Assembly (NCBI GenBank): GCA_964549795.1
Contig: CAZJVZ010000003.1
Location: forward strand, 20,249 to 44,248
Source: an uncultured Candidatus Bathyarchaeia archaeon
Lineage (GTDB): Archaea > Thermoproteota > Bathyarchaeia > 40CM-2-53-6
Length of the DNA: 24,000 nt
Reading direction: 5' to 3'
Part shown: positions 1 through 9,575 of the stretch, piece by piece
Position numbering within the stretch: the stretch's first letter is position 1
Layout of the letters: the number at the start of each line of letters is the position of its first letter
The notes under the pieces: model-generated
The model's database searches: none
Told to the model about the DNA's origin: nothing
What the model saw: only the letters and a program-made list of their open reading frames with translations
Position numbers and translations under genes: made by a program

Positions 1-213
1 GATTGCCATCATCGTCGCGTCCGCTTCCTGCCCACCGTACTCTCTGGGTAGCCTGAGGCCCAGCAGACCAGCCTTTCCCATCTTACGGTAGATCTCCCAT
101 GGGAACTGGCCCTTGCGCTCATGCTCACGTATCTTCGGAGCGACTTCCTTCTGTGCGAACTCGCGCACCGTTCGTCTGAAGAGCTCCTGCTCGTTAGTGA
201 AGCTGAAGTCCAA
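1..213 (-). CDS. acyl-CoA dehydrogenase, N-terminal 71 codons (gene continues past the left edge)
   Basis: Absent from the ORF track because no stop lies inside the window. The minus-strand frame reads MDFSFTNEQELFRRTVREFAQKEVAPKIREHERKGQFPWEIYRKMGKAGLLGLRLPREYGGQEADATMMAI, a typical ACAD N-terminus. An in-frame TGA (220-222) leaves TTG at 211-213 as the only possible start. Confidence 0.8.
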   Translation of the reverse strand, partial: MDFSFTNEQELFRRTVREFAQKEVAPKIREHERKGQFPWEIYRKMGKAGLLGLRLPREYGGQEADATMMAI

Positions 214-352
214 TCTCAGTCACCCGCCAAGCAACGACCCCGTTGTATTCCTAGTACCGTTGATAAGCTTGCCTTCGCTCAGTCAAATGCTGATGGCGAA
301 AGAGATGGGGTCCTATGCACTGAGACTCTGGTCATTGGATTCGAGAGAGCCC

Positions 353-862
353 TCAAAGGTACATCGTGATGACTTTTCTCTTGACTAGGAAGTACATGAC
401 GATGACGCTCAGAATCAGTTCGACTATCAAGTACGACCCGTTGTAGATCGCCGAGTACAATATGGGATTCATTCCGGCAGGAGCATAGGTGGCGAAGAAC
501 ACAAATCCAGACACAAAGTGACTGGCAAACCTACCAGCAATCCCAACGACGACTCCTACGATCGGATGCCCCTTGAAGAATCCTGCAAGACCTAGGGCGC
601 CAAATGCAATCGGATAGTCCAGCAACAGCTGGGCCGGGTGCACAATGTAAGGTTGCGGGAACATATCCACCAGACCAAAGACAACCCCTCCCAAGATTCC
701 TACCTTCGGGCCTCTTCTCAGGGCCAACCATAAGATCGGAACCATGCTCACGGCAGTCACAGAGCCACCCTGAGGCAATCGGAATACCACCAGCAGATTC
801 AGAACGTATGCGAGAGCCACAGCAACAACTATCTCAGCAACGATCTTCGTCTTCATTCTCAT
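353..862 (-). CDS. thiT: thiamine transporter ThiT (ECF-type S component), polytopic membrane protein
   Basis: 169-aa hydrophobic protein with ThiT-like segments (QGGSVTAVSMVPILWLALRRG, HPAQLLLDYPIAFGALGLAG). It lies directly downstream of a TPP riboswitch on the same strand. A GAGGGG Shine-Dalgarno sits 8 nt before the ATG. Confidence 0.8.
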   Translation of the reverse strand: MRMKTKIVAEIVVAVALAYVLNLLVVFRLPQGGSVTAVSMVPILWLALRRGPKVGILGGVVFGLVDMFPQPYIVHPAQLLLDYPIAFGALGLAGFFKGHPIVGVVVGIAGRFASHFVSGFVFFATYAPAGMNPILYSAIYNGSYLIVELILSVIVMYFLVKRKVITMYL

Positions 863-894
863 TCAATCAACCCCTCAGGGGCCAGTTCTATCAA

Positions 895-991
895 CTGAGA
901 AGTCCCCTTCCTTCGCCAGCATTGTCTGGATCAGGTTCAAAGGGTCGACGGCTCCAGCCGTCCTCTCAGCCGGGTAGACCCAGCTCCCCAG
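895..991 (-). promoter_or_regulatory. TPP (THI-box) riboswitch aptamer controlling thiT
   Basis: The minus-strand RNA reads CUGGGGAGCUGGGUCUACCCGGCUGAGAGGACGGCUGGAGCCGUCGACCCUUUGAACCUGAUCCAGACAAUGCUGGCGAAGGAAGGGGACUUCUCAG. It contains the conserved CUGAGA and ACCCUUUGAACCUGAUCnnGnnAAUGCnnGCG cores. P1 is CUGGGGAG/CUUCUCAG, P2 GGGUC/GACCC, P3 GACGGC/GCCGUC, P4 CCU/AGG and P5 CCAG/CUGG. Confidence 0.85.
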
Positions 992-1012
992 CCTACTTGA
1001 CTGATGTCGACG

Positions 1013-1020
1013 ATATATAA
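1013..1020 (-). promoter_or_regulatory. putative archaeal TATA box for the riboswitch-thiT transcript
   Basis: The minus strand reads TTATATAT about 22-29 nt upstream of the first riboswitch P1 nucleotide (991). Confidence 0.5.
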
Positions 1021-1259
1021 CTCAAGCTGACGCGAGGCGACCTGCGAATCGAATTCTGCCTCAGCATACGCCAAGCCAGACCCCCTTGGAGATTCCGGCA
1101 CGTAGTGGAATGATCAACTTGTAGCTTCCAGCAGGAAGATGAACACTGTCTATGATGAGATGGCGGCCCTCTCTTTCGCCTGGTCGTGAAATGGAGCTAA
1201 GTTTTTGCTGGCGTACACTCATACCAACTCCAGACAAAACGATCTTGGGAGGGCACGGG

Positions 1260-2345
1260 ATGGCATCTGTTCCTTCACAAAGAGGCAAAGAAGCTGAACT
1301 GTATCAGCGGCTTCCTGCAGGAAGAGTGAGATGCACCGCCTGTGCTCGGTTCTGCAACATCCCAGATGGGAAGATAGGTTTCTGTGGGATTCGTGGGAAT
1401 CTCGGTGGGAAGCTGCACCTGTTCGCTTATGGAAGGATCACAGCGAGTCATGTGGACCCGATCGAGAAGAAGCCGCTTACTCATTACCTGCCGGGGACTA
1501 GGATCTTCTCGATCTCGACCAACGGCTGCAACTGGAGCTGTGCCTATTGCCAGAACTACGACATGAGTCAACGGAGAGTTGTGGAAGGAACCCACGTGAC
1601 GCCTGAGCAGATCGTGCGACTGACAAAGGAGTACGGATGTCAAGGCATCGCATACACCTACAACGAGCCGATGATATTTCTTGAGTTTGCTCGTGACATC
1701 GGGGTTCTGGCACGCAGAGATGGCCTCAAGAACGCTTTCGTGTCGAACGGGTATGCCACGCCGGAAGCGGTGCAGATCATGAGCAGTTTCCTCGACGCGA
1801 TAACTGTAGACTTCAAGGGCAGCGGGGAAACAAGCTTCCTTCGTCGCAACGTGGGCATCCCAGATGCTGGTCCGGTCTACGAGACACTGCTTGGGTTGAA
1901 GAATGCAAAGGTCCACATTGAGATCACGGATCTGATCGTCCCGACGATTGGTGACAGCCTACAGGAGGCGAGGAAGCTTTCCCGTTGGATCTACGAGAAT
2001 CTTGGCCCTGAGACCCCTGTACACTTCCTGAGATTCCACCCTGACTTCAAGTTGAGCCACCTGCCATGGACTTCGATCGAAACGCTTGAACGCCATCATG
2101 AAGTGGCCAAGGCTGAAGGACTGAAGTATGTCTACGTTGGCAACGCGCCCGGACACCCTCTCGAGAATACGTACTGCGCAGGATGCGGTGCGACAGTGGT
2201 GAAGCGGTACGGATTCGACATTACTGGGTGGTACATGGATAAGGACAACAATTGCCTGGCTTGTGGTGAGCATATCCCGATTGTGGGAGCGTTGTCTCAG
2301 TCGGCAAAAGACGATCGATTCTCCGCAGTTTCAATCCACGACTGA
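1260..2345 (+). CDS. AmmeMemoRadiSam system radical SAM enzyme (PFL-activase-like)
   Basis: Carries the CNWSCAYCQN radical SAM cluster motif, an N-terminal C-rich segment (RCTACARFCNIPDGKIGFCG), the HVDPIEKKPL motif and a C-terminal CAGCG...CLACG zinc ribbon. I prefer the ATG at 1260 (MASVPSQRG) over the ORF-track start at 1152, whose extra 36 aa look non-protein-like. Confidence 0.75.
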   Translation: MASVPSQRGKEAELYQRLPAGRVRCTACARFCNIPDGKIGFCGIRGNLGGKLHLFAYGRITASHVDPIEKKPLTHYLPGTRIFSISTNGCNWSCAYCQNYDMSQRRVVEGTHVTPEQIVRLTKEYGCQGIAYTYNEPMIFLEFARDIGVLARRDGLKNAFVSNGYATPEAVQIMSSFLDAITVDFKGSGETSFLRRNVGIPDAGPVYETLLGLKNAKVHIEITDLIVPTIGDSLQEARKLSRWIYENLGPETPVHFLRFHPDFKLSHLPWTSIETLERHHEVAKAEGLKYVYVGNAPGHPLENTYCAGCGATVVKRYGFDITGWYMDKDNNCLACGEHIPIVGALSQSAKDDRFSAVSIHD

Positions 2346-2393
2346 GGTCTTGCACATCACCGAAGGCGTCAGGACGACAAGACGACAGACGAG

Positions 2394-3476
2394 CTAGCTG
2401 CCTTCGAGTGTCGAGAGCTCTCTCAACAGCTCTTTCTGCCGACTCGTCAACTTGGTAGGTATACGTACGGATATCTGGATCAGTTCGTCCCCCTTTCCGC
2501 CGCGACCGTTGGGCATACCTCTTCCCCGGAGCCGGAGAACCGTCCCGGGCTGTGTCCCCGCCGGAATCTTCACTCTTGCATTTCCTCCCAGGGTCGGGAC
2601 ATCGATCTCCTTTCCAAGCGCAAGATCCGCAAATCTGAGGCCAGCGCGGTAGATGAGGTCGTCCCCGTCTCTATGTAACAGACTGTGAAGCTTCACATGC
2701 ACAACGACGTAGAGGTCCCCAGGCGGCTCTCCTGAATTACCCACCTCTCCTTCTCCTGTCAGTCTCAAGTGGCTACCTGAATCGACCCCTGGCGGGATCT
2801 TGATCGAGATCCTGCGGGTCCGACGAACGTGGCCGGTCCCCCTGCACTCTCCGCACGGATTGTCAATGACTGTTCCCCTGCCGCGGCATGTGCTGCAGGG
2901 CTCAATCCTTACGAATCGTGCGAAGCCGGCCTCTTGGACGAGCTGGACCTGCCCCGTACCGTGGCATCTTGTGCATCGCTTCGGTTTCGTTCCAGGCCTT
3001 GCGCCACTTCCTCTGCAAGTGGGGCATGCCTCGGTTCTCGGAACATCAATGTCGCGTCTTACGCCTGTGTACGCCTCTTCGAGAGAAATAGTCGCGTCAT
3101 ATCTCAGGTCCGCACCACGTGATACTCGGCGCCTTCCACCGCTTCCGAAGAAGCGGTCGAATATGCTCTCGAAACCACCAAAACCGAATCCAATGTCTCT
3201 GAATACTTCGCCAAAGTCGACGTTCCTGAACAGGTCGTCCCACGAGTACCGACTGTCTATTCCGGCATGCCCGAATTGATCATACTGCCTCCGTTTTTCG
3301 TCGTCGGAGAGAACAGCGTACGCTTCCGAGATTTCCTTGAATCTCTCCTCTGCGTCCGGGGACTTGTTTCTATCCGGATGATATTGAAGCGCCAGCTTCC
3401 TGTAAGCGCTTTTGATATCGTCCTTGGCCGCTTCGTGGGGAACGCTCAAGACATCATAGTAGTCGCGTCTGCTCAA
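2394..3476 (-). CDS. dnaJ: molecular chaperone DnaJ (type I, J domain + G/F + four CxxCxGxG zinc-finger repeats)
   Basis: J domain [33 protein letters not shown] and G/F region [11 protein letters not shown]. Zinc-finger repeats are [24 protein letters not shown] and [11 protein letters not shown] is the only start between the upstream in-frame stop (3483-3485) and the J domain. Confidence 0.95.
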   Translation of the reverse strand: MSRRDYYDVLSVPHEAAKDDIKSAYRKLALQYHPDRNKSPDAEERFKEISEAYAVLSDDEKRRQYDQFGHAGIDSRYSWDDLFRNVDFGEVFRDIGFGFGGFESIFDRFFGSGGRRRVSRGADLRYDATISLEEAYTGVRRDIDVPRTEACPTCRGSGARPGTKPKRCTRCHGTGQVQLVQEAGFARFVRIEPCSTCRGRGTVIDNPCGECRGTGHVRRTRRISIKIPPGVDSGSHLRLTGEGEVGNSGEPPGDLYVVVHVKLHSLLHRDGDDLIYRAGLRFADLALGKEIDVPTLGGNARVKIPAGTQPGTVLRLRGRGMPNGRGGKGDELIQISVRIPTKLTSRQKELLRELSTLEGS

Positions 3477-3512
3477 ACTCGCTCAGCCGCTGGCGCGTAG
3501 CGCAAATGTGCT

Positions 3513-5381
3513 CTACTTCTTGTCGTCCTTGATTTCGTATTCCGCATCGACAACCTTCTTTTCAGGTTCACCCTGAGGAGGTTTGTCCGTCGTTGTCTGC
3601 TCGGCTTTCGCTCTTTCTTGGGCCGCTTGCTGATAGACTACGGTGCCCACTTCTTGGAGGACTCTGCTTAAGGCTTCACTCTTCGACTTGATGATCTCGA
3701 GATCCTTCTCCGCCAGCGCTTTTCTCAGTTCGTCCAGAGCCTTGTCTATTCTCTCGACTTGATCCTTTGAGAGTTTCTCTGCAAGATCCTTCTTTGTCTT
3801 CTCCGTGGTGTAGATCAACGAGTCCGCGTTGTTGCGGGTTTCTGCCTCTTCCTTACGCTTCTTGTCTTGCTCTGCGAACTGCTCTGCCTGTTTGATCATC
3901 CGTTCCTTCTCTTGTTCCGAAAGTTTTGTGGACGCGGAGATTGTGATGCGCTGTTCTTTTCCTGTTCCTATGTCTTTCGCGGAGACGTTCAGGATTCCGT
4001 TCGCGTCTATGTCGAAGGCTACTTCGATCTGCGGGACTCCTCTCGGGGCAGGCGGTATCCCGACAAGATTGAACATCCCGAGCGATACGTTGTCGCCTGC
4101 CATTGCGCGCTCGCCCTGAAGCACGTTGATAGTCACACTCGTCTGGAAATCTGCGGCGGTCGAAAAGACCTGAGTTCGCTTGGCCGGGATGGTGGTGTTC
4201 TTCTCCATCACTCTGGTGAACACCCCTCCAAGCGTCTCAACACCGAGAGAGAGAGGAGTGACATCGAGCAACAGGAGGTCCTTCACTTCGCCTGCTAGGA
4301 CGGCGCCTTGGATCGCCGCGCCTACTGCGACACACTCCATCGGGTCGACTCCCATCTCAGGCGGTTTGCTGAACGTGTCTTGGACGAACTTGCGAACCAG
4401 AGGCATCCGGGTCTGCCCGCCGATGAGGATTATCTTGCTGATGTCGGCAAGCCTCAGTTTTGCGTCCTCGATCACGTGTCTGATCGGTGTGCTGATCCGT
4501 TGAACGATGGGGGTAGCCAGTTCCTCAAGCCTGGCTCTGGTCAGCGTCTCATGCAGGTGTTTGTCCTGCATTATGAACGGCAGATCCACGTCAGTGGTCA
4601 CGAGTGTGGAGAGCTCGATCTTCGCCTTTTCGGCGGCCTCCTTAAGCCGCGTCATGGCCATCCTGTCAGAAGATAGGTCAATCCCCGTCTTTCGCCGAAA
4701 CTCCTCTACTAGGTACCCAACGACTGCGTTGTCAATGTCGGCTCCGCCTGTCTTCGTGTCCCCGCTGGTTGCGAGAACCTGAAAGACGCCGCCACCAAAA
4801 TCCATCAGCGTCACGTCGTGGGTCCCACCGCCGAAGCTGAAGACCAAGATCTTCATTTCCTTCCCCAGCTTGTCCAACCCATATGCAAGGCAGGCAGCCG
4901 TTGGCTCGTTGATTATCCTGACAACTTCAAGGCCAGCTATCTCGCCCGCGTCCTTCGTTGCCTGCCGCTGATTGTCGTTGAAGTGAGCTGGGACAGTAAT
5001 CACCGCCTTCTTCACGGGTACTCCAAGAAAGGTCTCCGCGTCGCGCTTTATCTTCTGGAGAACAAATGCGGAAACCTGTTGGGGAGTGTATTCTTTGCCA
5101 AAGACCGACACCCTGTAGTCTGTGCCCATCTTCCTCTTGATCTCGAACACTGTTCCCTCCGGATTGACGGTGGCCTGCCTCTTTGCCGATTCACCGACCA
5201 GAAGCTGCCCATCCTTTGTGAAGGCAACCACTGATGGAAACATCTTCCCAGCCATCGTTGGCCCCTCGGCGCTGGGAATCACGGTGGGCCGTCCGGCCTC
5301 CATTATTGCGGCTGCCGAATTGGTCGTACCGAGGTCTATACCAAGTATCTTCTCCTTCGCTGATGGTCCCGAACTACTCAA
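3513..5381 (-). CDS. dnaK: molecular chaperone DnaK (Hsp70)
   Basis: Hsp70 signatures [37 protein letters not shown] and [14 protein letters not shown]. The start is TTG (5379-5381), the only start codon after the in-frame stop at 5394-5396. It overlaps the grpE stop as TTGA. Confidence 0.97.
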   Translation of the reverse strand: MSSSGPSAKEKILGIDLGTTNSAAAIMEAGRPTVIPSAEGPTMAGKMFPSVVAFTKDGQLLVGESAKRQATVNPEGTVFEIKRKMGTDYRVSVFGKEYTPQQVSAFVLQKIKRDAETFLGVPVKKAVITVPAHFNDNQRQATKDAGEIAGLEVVRIINEPTAACLAYGLDKLGKEMKILVFSFGGGTHDVTLMDFGGGVFQVLATSGDTKTGGADIDNAVVGYLVEEFRRKTGIDLSSDRMAMTRLKEAAEKAKIELSTLVTTDVDLPFIMQDKHLHETLTRARLEELATPIVQRISTPIRHVIEDAKLRLADISKIILIGGQTRMPLVRKFVQDTFSKPPEMGVDPMECVAVGAAIQGAVLAGEVKDLLLLDVTPLSLGVETLGGVFTRVMEKNTTIPAKRTQVFSTAADFQTSVTINVLQGERAMAGDNVSLGMFNLVGIPPAPRGVPQIEVAFDIDANGILNVSAKDIGTGKEQRITISASTKLSEQEKERMIKQAEQFAEQDKKRKEEAETRNNADSLIYTTEKTKKDLAEKLSKDQVERIDKALDELRKALAEKDLEIIKSKSEALSRVLQEVGTVVYQQAAQERAKAEQTTTDKPPQGEPEKKVVDAEYEIKDDKK

Positions 5382-6043
5382 CTCGATCCACTCTCAAGCT
5401 CTTCTGAACTATCAGGCTCCTTGATTTGCGGAACCGCAATTTTAACAATACTCGGTCTGATCAGTCTCCCCTTCAATGTGAAACCCTTCCTAATCTCCTC
5501 CAAGACAGTCCCCTCGTCCTTATCGGCGCATTGGACACGCTCAACCGCCTCATGCACTGTTGGGTCGAACTTCTTACCAACGGGTTCGATCGCGGACAAG
5601 CCCTCTGCACTGAGTATGTCACCGAACTTCCTCAGTACAATCCCAACACCGCCTACGATCGCACTTGTGCTTTCAGCATTCTTCGCCGCCTTCAATGCGA
5701 GCTCCAGCTCATCAACGACCGCCAGCAAGTTCTGAACCAGCCCTGCCTTCCCGGCGTCGATCTTAGACTCGACCTCCTGACTGAGGCGTCGACGGTAGTT
5801 GTCGAAGTCCGCTTGGGCATAGAGAAGCTTGCTGAGACTCTCCTTCGATCTCTCTTGTTCCTGCCTGAGCTCTTCTTCTAGAGATGCGATTTCGTCAGCC
5901 ATTTGTTGTCTCGATCGAGTGTCCTGGGGTTCGGGAGGGATCTCCTCCACCGGGGGAGCAGGCTTCTTCTGTTTCTGTTGCTTCACTTGTCGTCTCTCCC
6001 TTGCGGGGGGCTGTTCCCAAGCTTTCTCATCAGGAGTGGTCAT
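5378..6043 (-). CDS. grpE: nucleotide exchange factor GrpE
   Basis: Charged N-terminal region, a long helix ([28 protein letters not shown]) and a C-terminal beta domain (FDPTVHEAV...[16 protein letters not shown]). I prefer the ATG at 6041-6043, because the GTG at 6103 abuts the putative TATA element. Confidence 0.9.
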   Translation of the reverse strand: MTTPDEKAWEQPPARERRQVKQQKQKKPAPPVEEIPPEPQDTRSRQQMADEIASLEEELRQEQERSKESLSKLLYAQADFDNYRRRLSQEVESKIDAGKAGLVQNLLAVVDELELALKAAKNAESTSAIVGGVGIVLRKFGDILSAEGLSAIEPVGKKFDPTVHEAVERVQCADKDEGTVLEEIRKGFTLKGRLIRPSIVKIAVPQIKEPDSSEELESGSS

Positions 6044-6107
6044 GACGCGCGTCCCGCGGAATACGTCTCGAGGAAAGCCAGAGACCCAGAGCCCAAGGGC
6101 CACTTCC

Positions 6108-6113
6108 TATAAG
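6108..6113 (-). promoter_or_regulatory. putative TATA element in the grpE/guaA divergent region
   Basis: TATAAG on plus, CTTATA on minus, with an A-rich BRE-like stretch (AAAAAAC) upstream in the grpE direction. It lies about 65 nt from the grpE ATG and about 55 nt from the guaA GTG. Confidence 0.3.
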
Positions 6114-6163
6114 TTTTTTGGCAAACCCGGACAACATGGCTAGTTGCCAGCTGGAGGCTCACA

Positions 6164-7708
6164 GTGTCGGTCAAGCTGCACGATACGGTCTTGGTGATGG
6201 ATTTCGGTGGGCAATACTCCCACCTCATCGCCCGACGCATTCGAGAATGCGAGGTCTACTCGGAACTCCTACCTTGGAACACGGAGATCAATCAGATTCG
6301 GGCGAAGAAACCCAAGGCCATGGTACTCTCAGGCGGGCCTGCCAGCGTGAACGACCAGAACGCGCCGAGGTGCCATGCTGACATCTTCAACTTGGGCATC
6401 CCTGTGCTCGGTATCTGCTATGGGCTGCAACTAATGGTTGACACTTTTGGGGGAAAGATCGACCGCCCGCCCGCAAAAGAGTACGGGCGCACCAAGGTGC
6501 ATTTTGATGACCGCACCGACCTCTTCAAAGGCCTTGGCACGGAGAGCATCTGCTGGATGAGCCACGCAGATTCGGCCAAGGACCTGCCTGAAGGTTTCGA
6601 AGCCACAGCTCACTCGAAATACAGTCGTTATGCAGCGCTGAAGGGCAAGAAGCGCTTGTTGTTTGGCGTGCAGTTCCACCCCGAGGTCGTACATACCGAA
6701 AGGGGGATGGAGATCATCCGGAACTTCCTTTTCGAAATAGCGAAATGTCGACCGACATGGAAGATGACCCCATTTGCAGAGGAGACAATCAGCGAAATCA
6801 GGCGCACGGTAGGAAGGGAACGTGTTCTCTGCGCGGTCAGTGGAGGAGTTGACTCAACAACAACCGCCGCTCTTGTGAGTAGGGCCGTGGGCGATCAGCT
6901 GATGTGCATATTCGTTAACCATGGCTTGCTCAGAAAGGGAGAACCAGAACAAGTAAGAGACATACTAAGACGCATGAAACTCAAGACCATCTATGTAGAC
7001 GCTTCAGAGAGATTCATTCAAAGGCTGAAAGGGATCTCAGACCCTGAAGAGAAGAGGAGAATCATCGGCGAAGAATTCGCGAAGGTCTTCACAGAAGTCG
7101 CAAGAGAGCATGGCAAGTATGAGTGGCTCGCCCAAGGTACACTCTATCCGGACGTGATCGAGAGCGCGCAGACAGGGAGCCCAGCATCAAGAATCAAGAC
7201 GCACCACAACGTCGCAGGCCTCCCTGCGTGGATCGAATTCAGACTGATCGAACCGTTGCGATCCCTGTACAAAGACGAGGTGCGAAGAGTGGCGGCAACC
7301 CTAGGAGTCCCAGATGCAATCACTGCGCGACACCCATTCCCTGGACCGGGGCTGGCCGTGAGAATCCTTGGGGAAGTCACCGAAGAGAAGCTTACGATCT
7401 GCCGTGAGGCAAGCGACATAGTGGAGGAGGAGCTGAGAGCTGCGGGAACATACGACAGGGTCTGGCAAGCCTTTGCGATGGTCGGAGATGACCTTGCAGT
7501 CGGAGTTCTTGGTGACGAAAGAAGACTCGGGCACGTCGTAACGGTTCGCATTGTGGAATCGATTGATGGCATGACCGCAGATTGGGCTCGTTTGTCTGAT
7601 GACCTTCTATCGCGAATCAGCGACAGGATAACGAATGAAGTTGGCAATGTGACGTGGGTCGCGTACGCAGTTTCCTCCAAGCCTCCGTCAACGATTGAGC
7701 CCTGCTGA
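6164..7708 (+). CDS. guaA: GMP synthase (glutamine-hydrolyzing), fused GATase + ATP-pyrophosphatase
   Basis: GATase part (GICYGLQLM, FGVQFHPEV) fused to an N-type ATP-PPase (SGGVDSTT P-loop) and the dimerisation end (KPPSTIEPC). The GTG start is preceded by GGAGG with 6-nt spacing. Confidence 0.95.
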   Translation: MSVKLHDTVLVMDFGGQYSHLIARRIRECEVYSELLPWNTEINQIRAKKPKAMVLSGGPASVNDQNAPRCHADIFNLGIPVLGICYGLQLMVDTFGGKIDRPPAKEYGRTKVHFDDRTDLFKGLGTESICWMSHADSAKDLPEGFEATAHSKYSRYAALKGKKRLLFGVQFHPEVVHTERGMEIIRNFLFEIAKCRPTWKMTPFAEETISEIRRTVGRERVLCAVSGGVDSTTTAALVSRAVGDQLMCIFVNHGLLRKGEPEQVRDILRRMKLKTIYVDASERFIQRLKGISDPEEKRRIIGEEFAKVFTEVAREHGKYEWLAQGTLYPDVIESAQTGSPASRIKTHHNVAGLPAWIEFRLIEPLRSLYKDEVRRVAATLGVPDAITARHPFPGPGLAVRILGEVTEEKLTICREASDIVEEELRAAGTYDRVWQAFAMVGDDLAVGVLGDERRLGHVVTVRIVESIDGMTADWARLSDDLLSRISDRITNEVGNVTWVAYAVSSKPPSTIEPC

Positions 7709-7835
7709 ACTCTCACTTGCAGTGGACCAAGTATTGTGATATCGGAGATGGGAATTGGCGTACGCGGAGTCTTGACCGAGGACGTGGACAGTCATGATCG
7801 GAGCGACCATGCAAGACCTCTCCGATGGGATGACC

Positions 7836-8408
7836 CTAGGACGAATCACTCCTGTCTCCATTGATGAGGATACCGCTCGAACTTTCGAGCCCGTCCCGCA
7901 CCAGAGCTCCGAGCCTGCCGTACGTGCCGGAGCATCGGCGCGGAGGTCGGCTGGCTTCGGAATTCCCGAGGATCTCCGAGTGGAGCCCCGCTCTCGCGTA
8001 GGAGGATCTTACGAATCCCTCAACTGACCGGAGAGGACCGACTGCCGCCAGAAGGTGAGAGCTGCACCTGCAGTCAGAGGACCCAACCCCTCTGCAGGGG
8101 ACTCGAACATTCGAGTTATGAAGAATGGCAGCATTCACTGTACACTCTCGCTTTCTGGCTGTCCTTGCGAAAACAACCGAGACGACCCGTGCATGTCTAC
8201 ATGCGAGGATGCGATCAATGTGCCAGAACTCCTTCTTGACTCGTCTAAGGTGACGCCCGACCCTCCCTTCCAGCGAGGCCGAGCCACAGCCCAGGGCCGA
8301 TCCGGTGTAGAGATACAGTCCTCGTCCCAAGGAGACTCGCAGCCTCCTGCCTGCGGTCGTAACGCAGCGACGGGTTAGGCGAATGATTAAAGTGTAGACT
8401 CCTCTCAA
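7836..8408 (-). CDS. DUF123 (GIY-YIG/Uri superfamily-like) protein with about 60-aa C-terminal extension
   Basis: Motifs GVYTLII, GLYLYTGSA, RVGRHLR, FWHIDRIL and GVGSSDCRCSSHL match the DUF123 pattern. TTG start. The tail after the SHL motif is low-complexity and may be over-extended. Confidence 0.6.
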   Translation of the reverse strand: MRGVYTLIIRLTRRCVTTAGRRLRVSLGRGLYLYTGSALGCGSASLEGRVGRHLRRVKKEFWHIDRILACRHARVVSVVFARTARKRECTVNAAILHNSNVRVPCRGVGSSDCRCSSHLLAAVGPLRSVEGFVRSSYARAGLHSEILGNSEASRPPRRCSGTYGRLGALVRDGLESSSGILINGDRSDSS

Positions 8409-8488
8409 AACCTATTTCGTCTCACTACACGTGCCCTAGTCGAACTTTCATCACGATGATTTGATAGTGGTGCTGCGACCTGAAAGCG

Positions 8489-9574
8489 TTGATCCTTGCT
8501 GGAGGATATGCGACTAGGCTTAGGCCCTTGAGCTACGCGCTTCCGAAGCTCCTCTTCCCGGTCTGCGACAGGCCTATTCTCGAGCGCACGTGTGAGCATC
8601 TGTCGTCTTTCGGTGTCGACGAGATCATCCTTGCGGTGAAGTATCTTGCGGACCAACTCAGAGAGTACTTCGGCGAGCAATACAACGGGGTGAAGATCAG
8701 GTACTCTCTTGAGCACTTCTCCTTGGGGACTGGAGGGCCCATCGCGCTTGCACGCCAGTACTACAGGAACGAGAGGATACTCGCAATGAATGGGGACATT
8801 CTCGCCGAGATCGACCTTGATGCAATGCGAAGTCTGCACGAGTCCAGTGGCGCTCTCGCCACCATCGCGTTGCATGAAGTGGGAGATCCAACCCGTTTCG
8901 GAGTCGTCAGACTCGATGAGCATTCGAGGATTACCGAGTTTGTCGAGAAGCCGCAGTTGGCGGATGCCCCGAGCAAGTTGGCCAACGCAGGCGCATACCT
9001 GTTGGAACCCGAGGCGATAGACCGTATCCGGAAAGGCAGAAAGGTGATAATCGAACGCGAGGTCTTCCCTGCCCTCGCAAGTGAAGGAAAACTCTCCGGA
9101 TATGTGCATTCAGGAACCTGGTTTGACGTTGGGAACATCGCGGACTTCCGGAACGCAAACTTCGCATGCCTCGACAGCATGGCAAGAGGAAAGACCATCA
9201 TGACCGAAGATGCCAGCCTTTCGGCTTCGGCGAAACTGACCCACCCTCTTCTCGTAGGCAAGCATGCGACGGTCGAGGACGGGGCTAGCCTTGGCCCGCA
9301 AGCGATCATCGGCCACGGCGCGCACATTCACAAAAATGCAAGCGTCGCGGGAACGATAGTATTCGACGATGTCGAGATAGGAAGCGATTCCTCGATCGAA
9401 GGAGCCGTCATAGGCAACAGTGTCAGAATAGGAAAAGGAGTCACGATCCAGCAGGGATCAGTGATCGCTGGACACGTGACCATCCGCGACAGCGTCCACA
9501 TCACACGAGATGTTTATGTCCACCCTCACAGGGAAGTCGCGGGAGACATCGACAGTCCGGGGCACGTGGTCTAG
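8489..9574 (+). CDS. sugar-1-phosphate nucleotidyltransferase with C-terminal left-handed beta-helix (archaeal GlmU/ST0452-like)
   Basis: N-terminal ILAGGYATRLRPLSYALPKLLFPV nucleotidyltransferase signature. The C-terminus has hexapeptide-repeat-like segments (IGHGAHIHKNASVAGTIVFDDVEIGSDSSIEGAVIGNSVRIGKGVTI). TTG start (CTG at 8480 is the only alternative). The stop lies 1 nt before the next gene. Confidence 0.8.
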   Translation: MILAGGYATRLRPLSYALPKLLFPVCDRPILERTCEHLSSFGVDEIILAVKYLADQLREYFGEQYNGVKIRYSLEHFSLGTGGPIALARQYYRNERILAMNGDILAEIDLDAMRSLHESSGALATIALHEVGDPTRFGVVRLDEHSRITEFVEKPQLADAPSKLANAGAYLLEPEAIDRIRKGRKVIIEREVFPALASEGKLSGYVHSGTWFDVGNIADFRNANFACLDSMARGKTIMTEDASLSASAKLTHPLLVGKHATVEDGASLGPQAIIGHGAHIHKNASVAGTIVFDDVEIGSDSSIEGAVIGNSVRIGKGVTIQQGSVIAGHVTIRDSVHITRDVYVHPHREVAGDIDSPGHVV

Positions 9575-9575
9575 A

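Noticed and set aside
1151-1259. ATGATGA at 1151-1157 as a C box of a C/D sRNA, or as the true start of the radical SAM ORF (track start 1152).
   Set aside because: The downstream D/D' candidates are CUGG rather than CUGA, and the C' is poor. The 36-aa extension (MMRWRPSLSPGREMELSFCW...) has no family support. The ATG at 1260 gives the expected N-terminus.
7794-8378. Plus-strand ORFs 7794-8027 and 8055-8378 as alternatives to the minus-strand DUF123 gene.
   Set aside because: They have no recognisable motifs, whereas the minus strand carries the full DUF123 motif series.
8405-9109. Long antisense ORFs opposite well-supported genes. Examples: 8405-9109, 8761-9327, 7144-7716, 1275-1916, 9458-9916, 12719-13192, 16299-16724, 16618-17103, 21049-21663, 18358-19020 and 22894-23541.
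   Set aside because: Each lies entirely within a gene that has strong family motifs on the other strand. Their translations are Arg/Ser/Pro-rich, as is typical of shadow frames in GC-rich coding DNA.
9510-9575. ORF-track extension of the mutase gene (start 9510), and the similar extensions 6044-6103 (grpE) and 16401-16433 (dodecin).
   Set aside because: The extensions overlap the upstream gene or promoter elements. Internal ATGs with SD-like sequences or conserved N-termini fit better.
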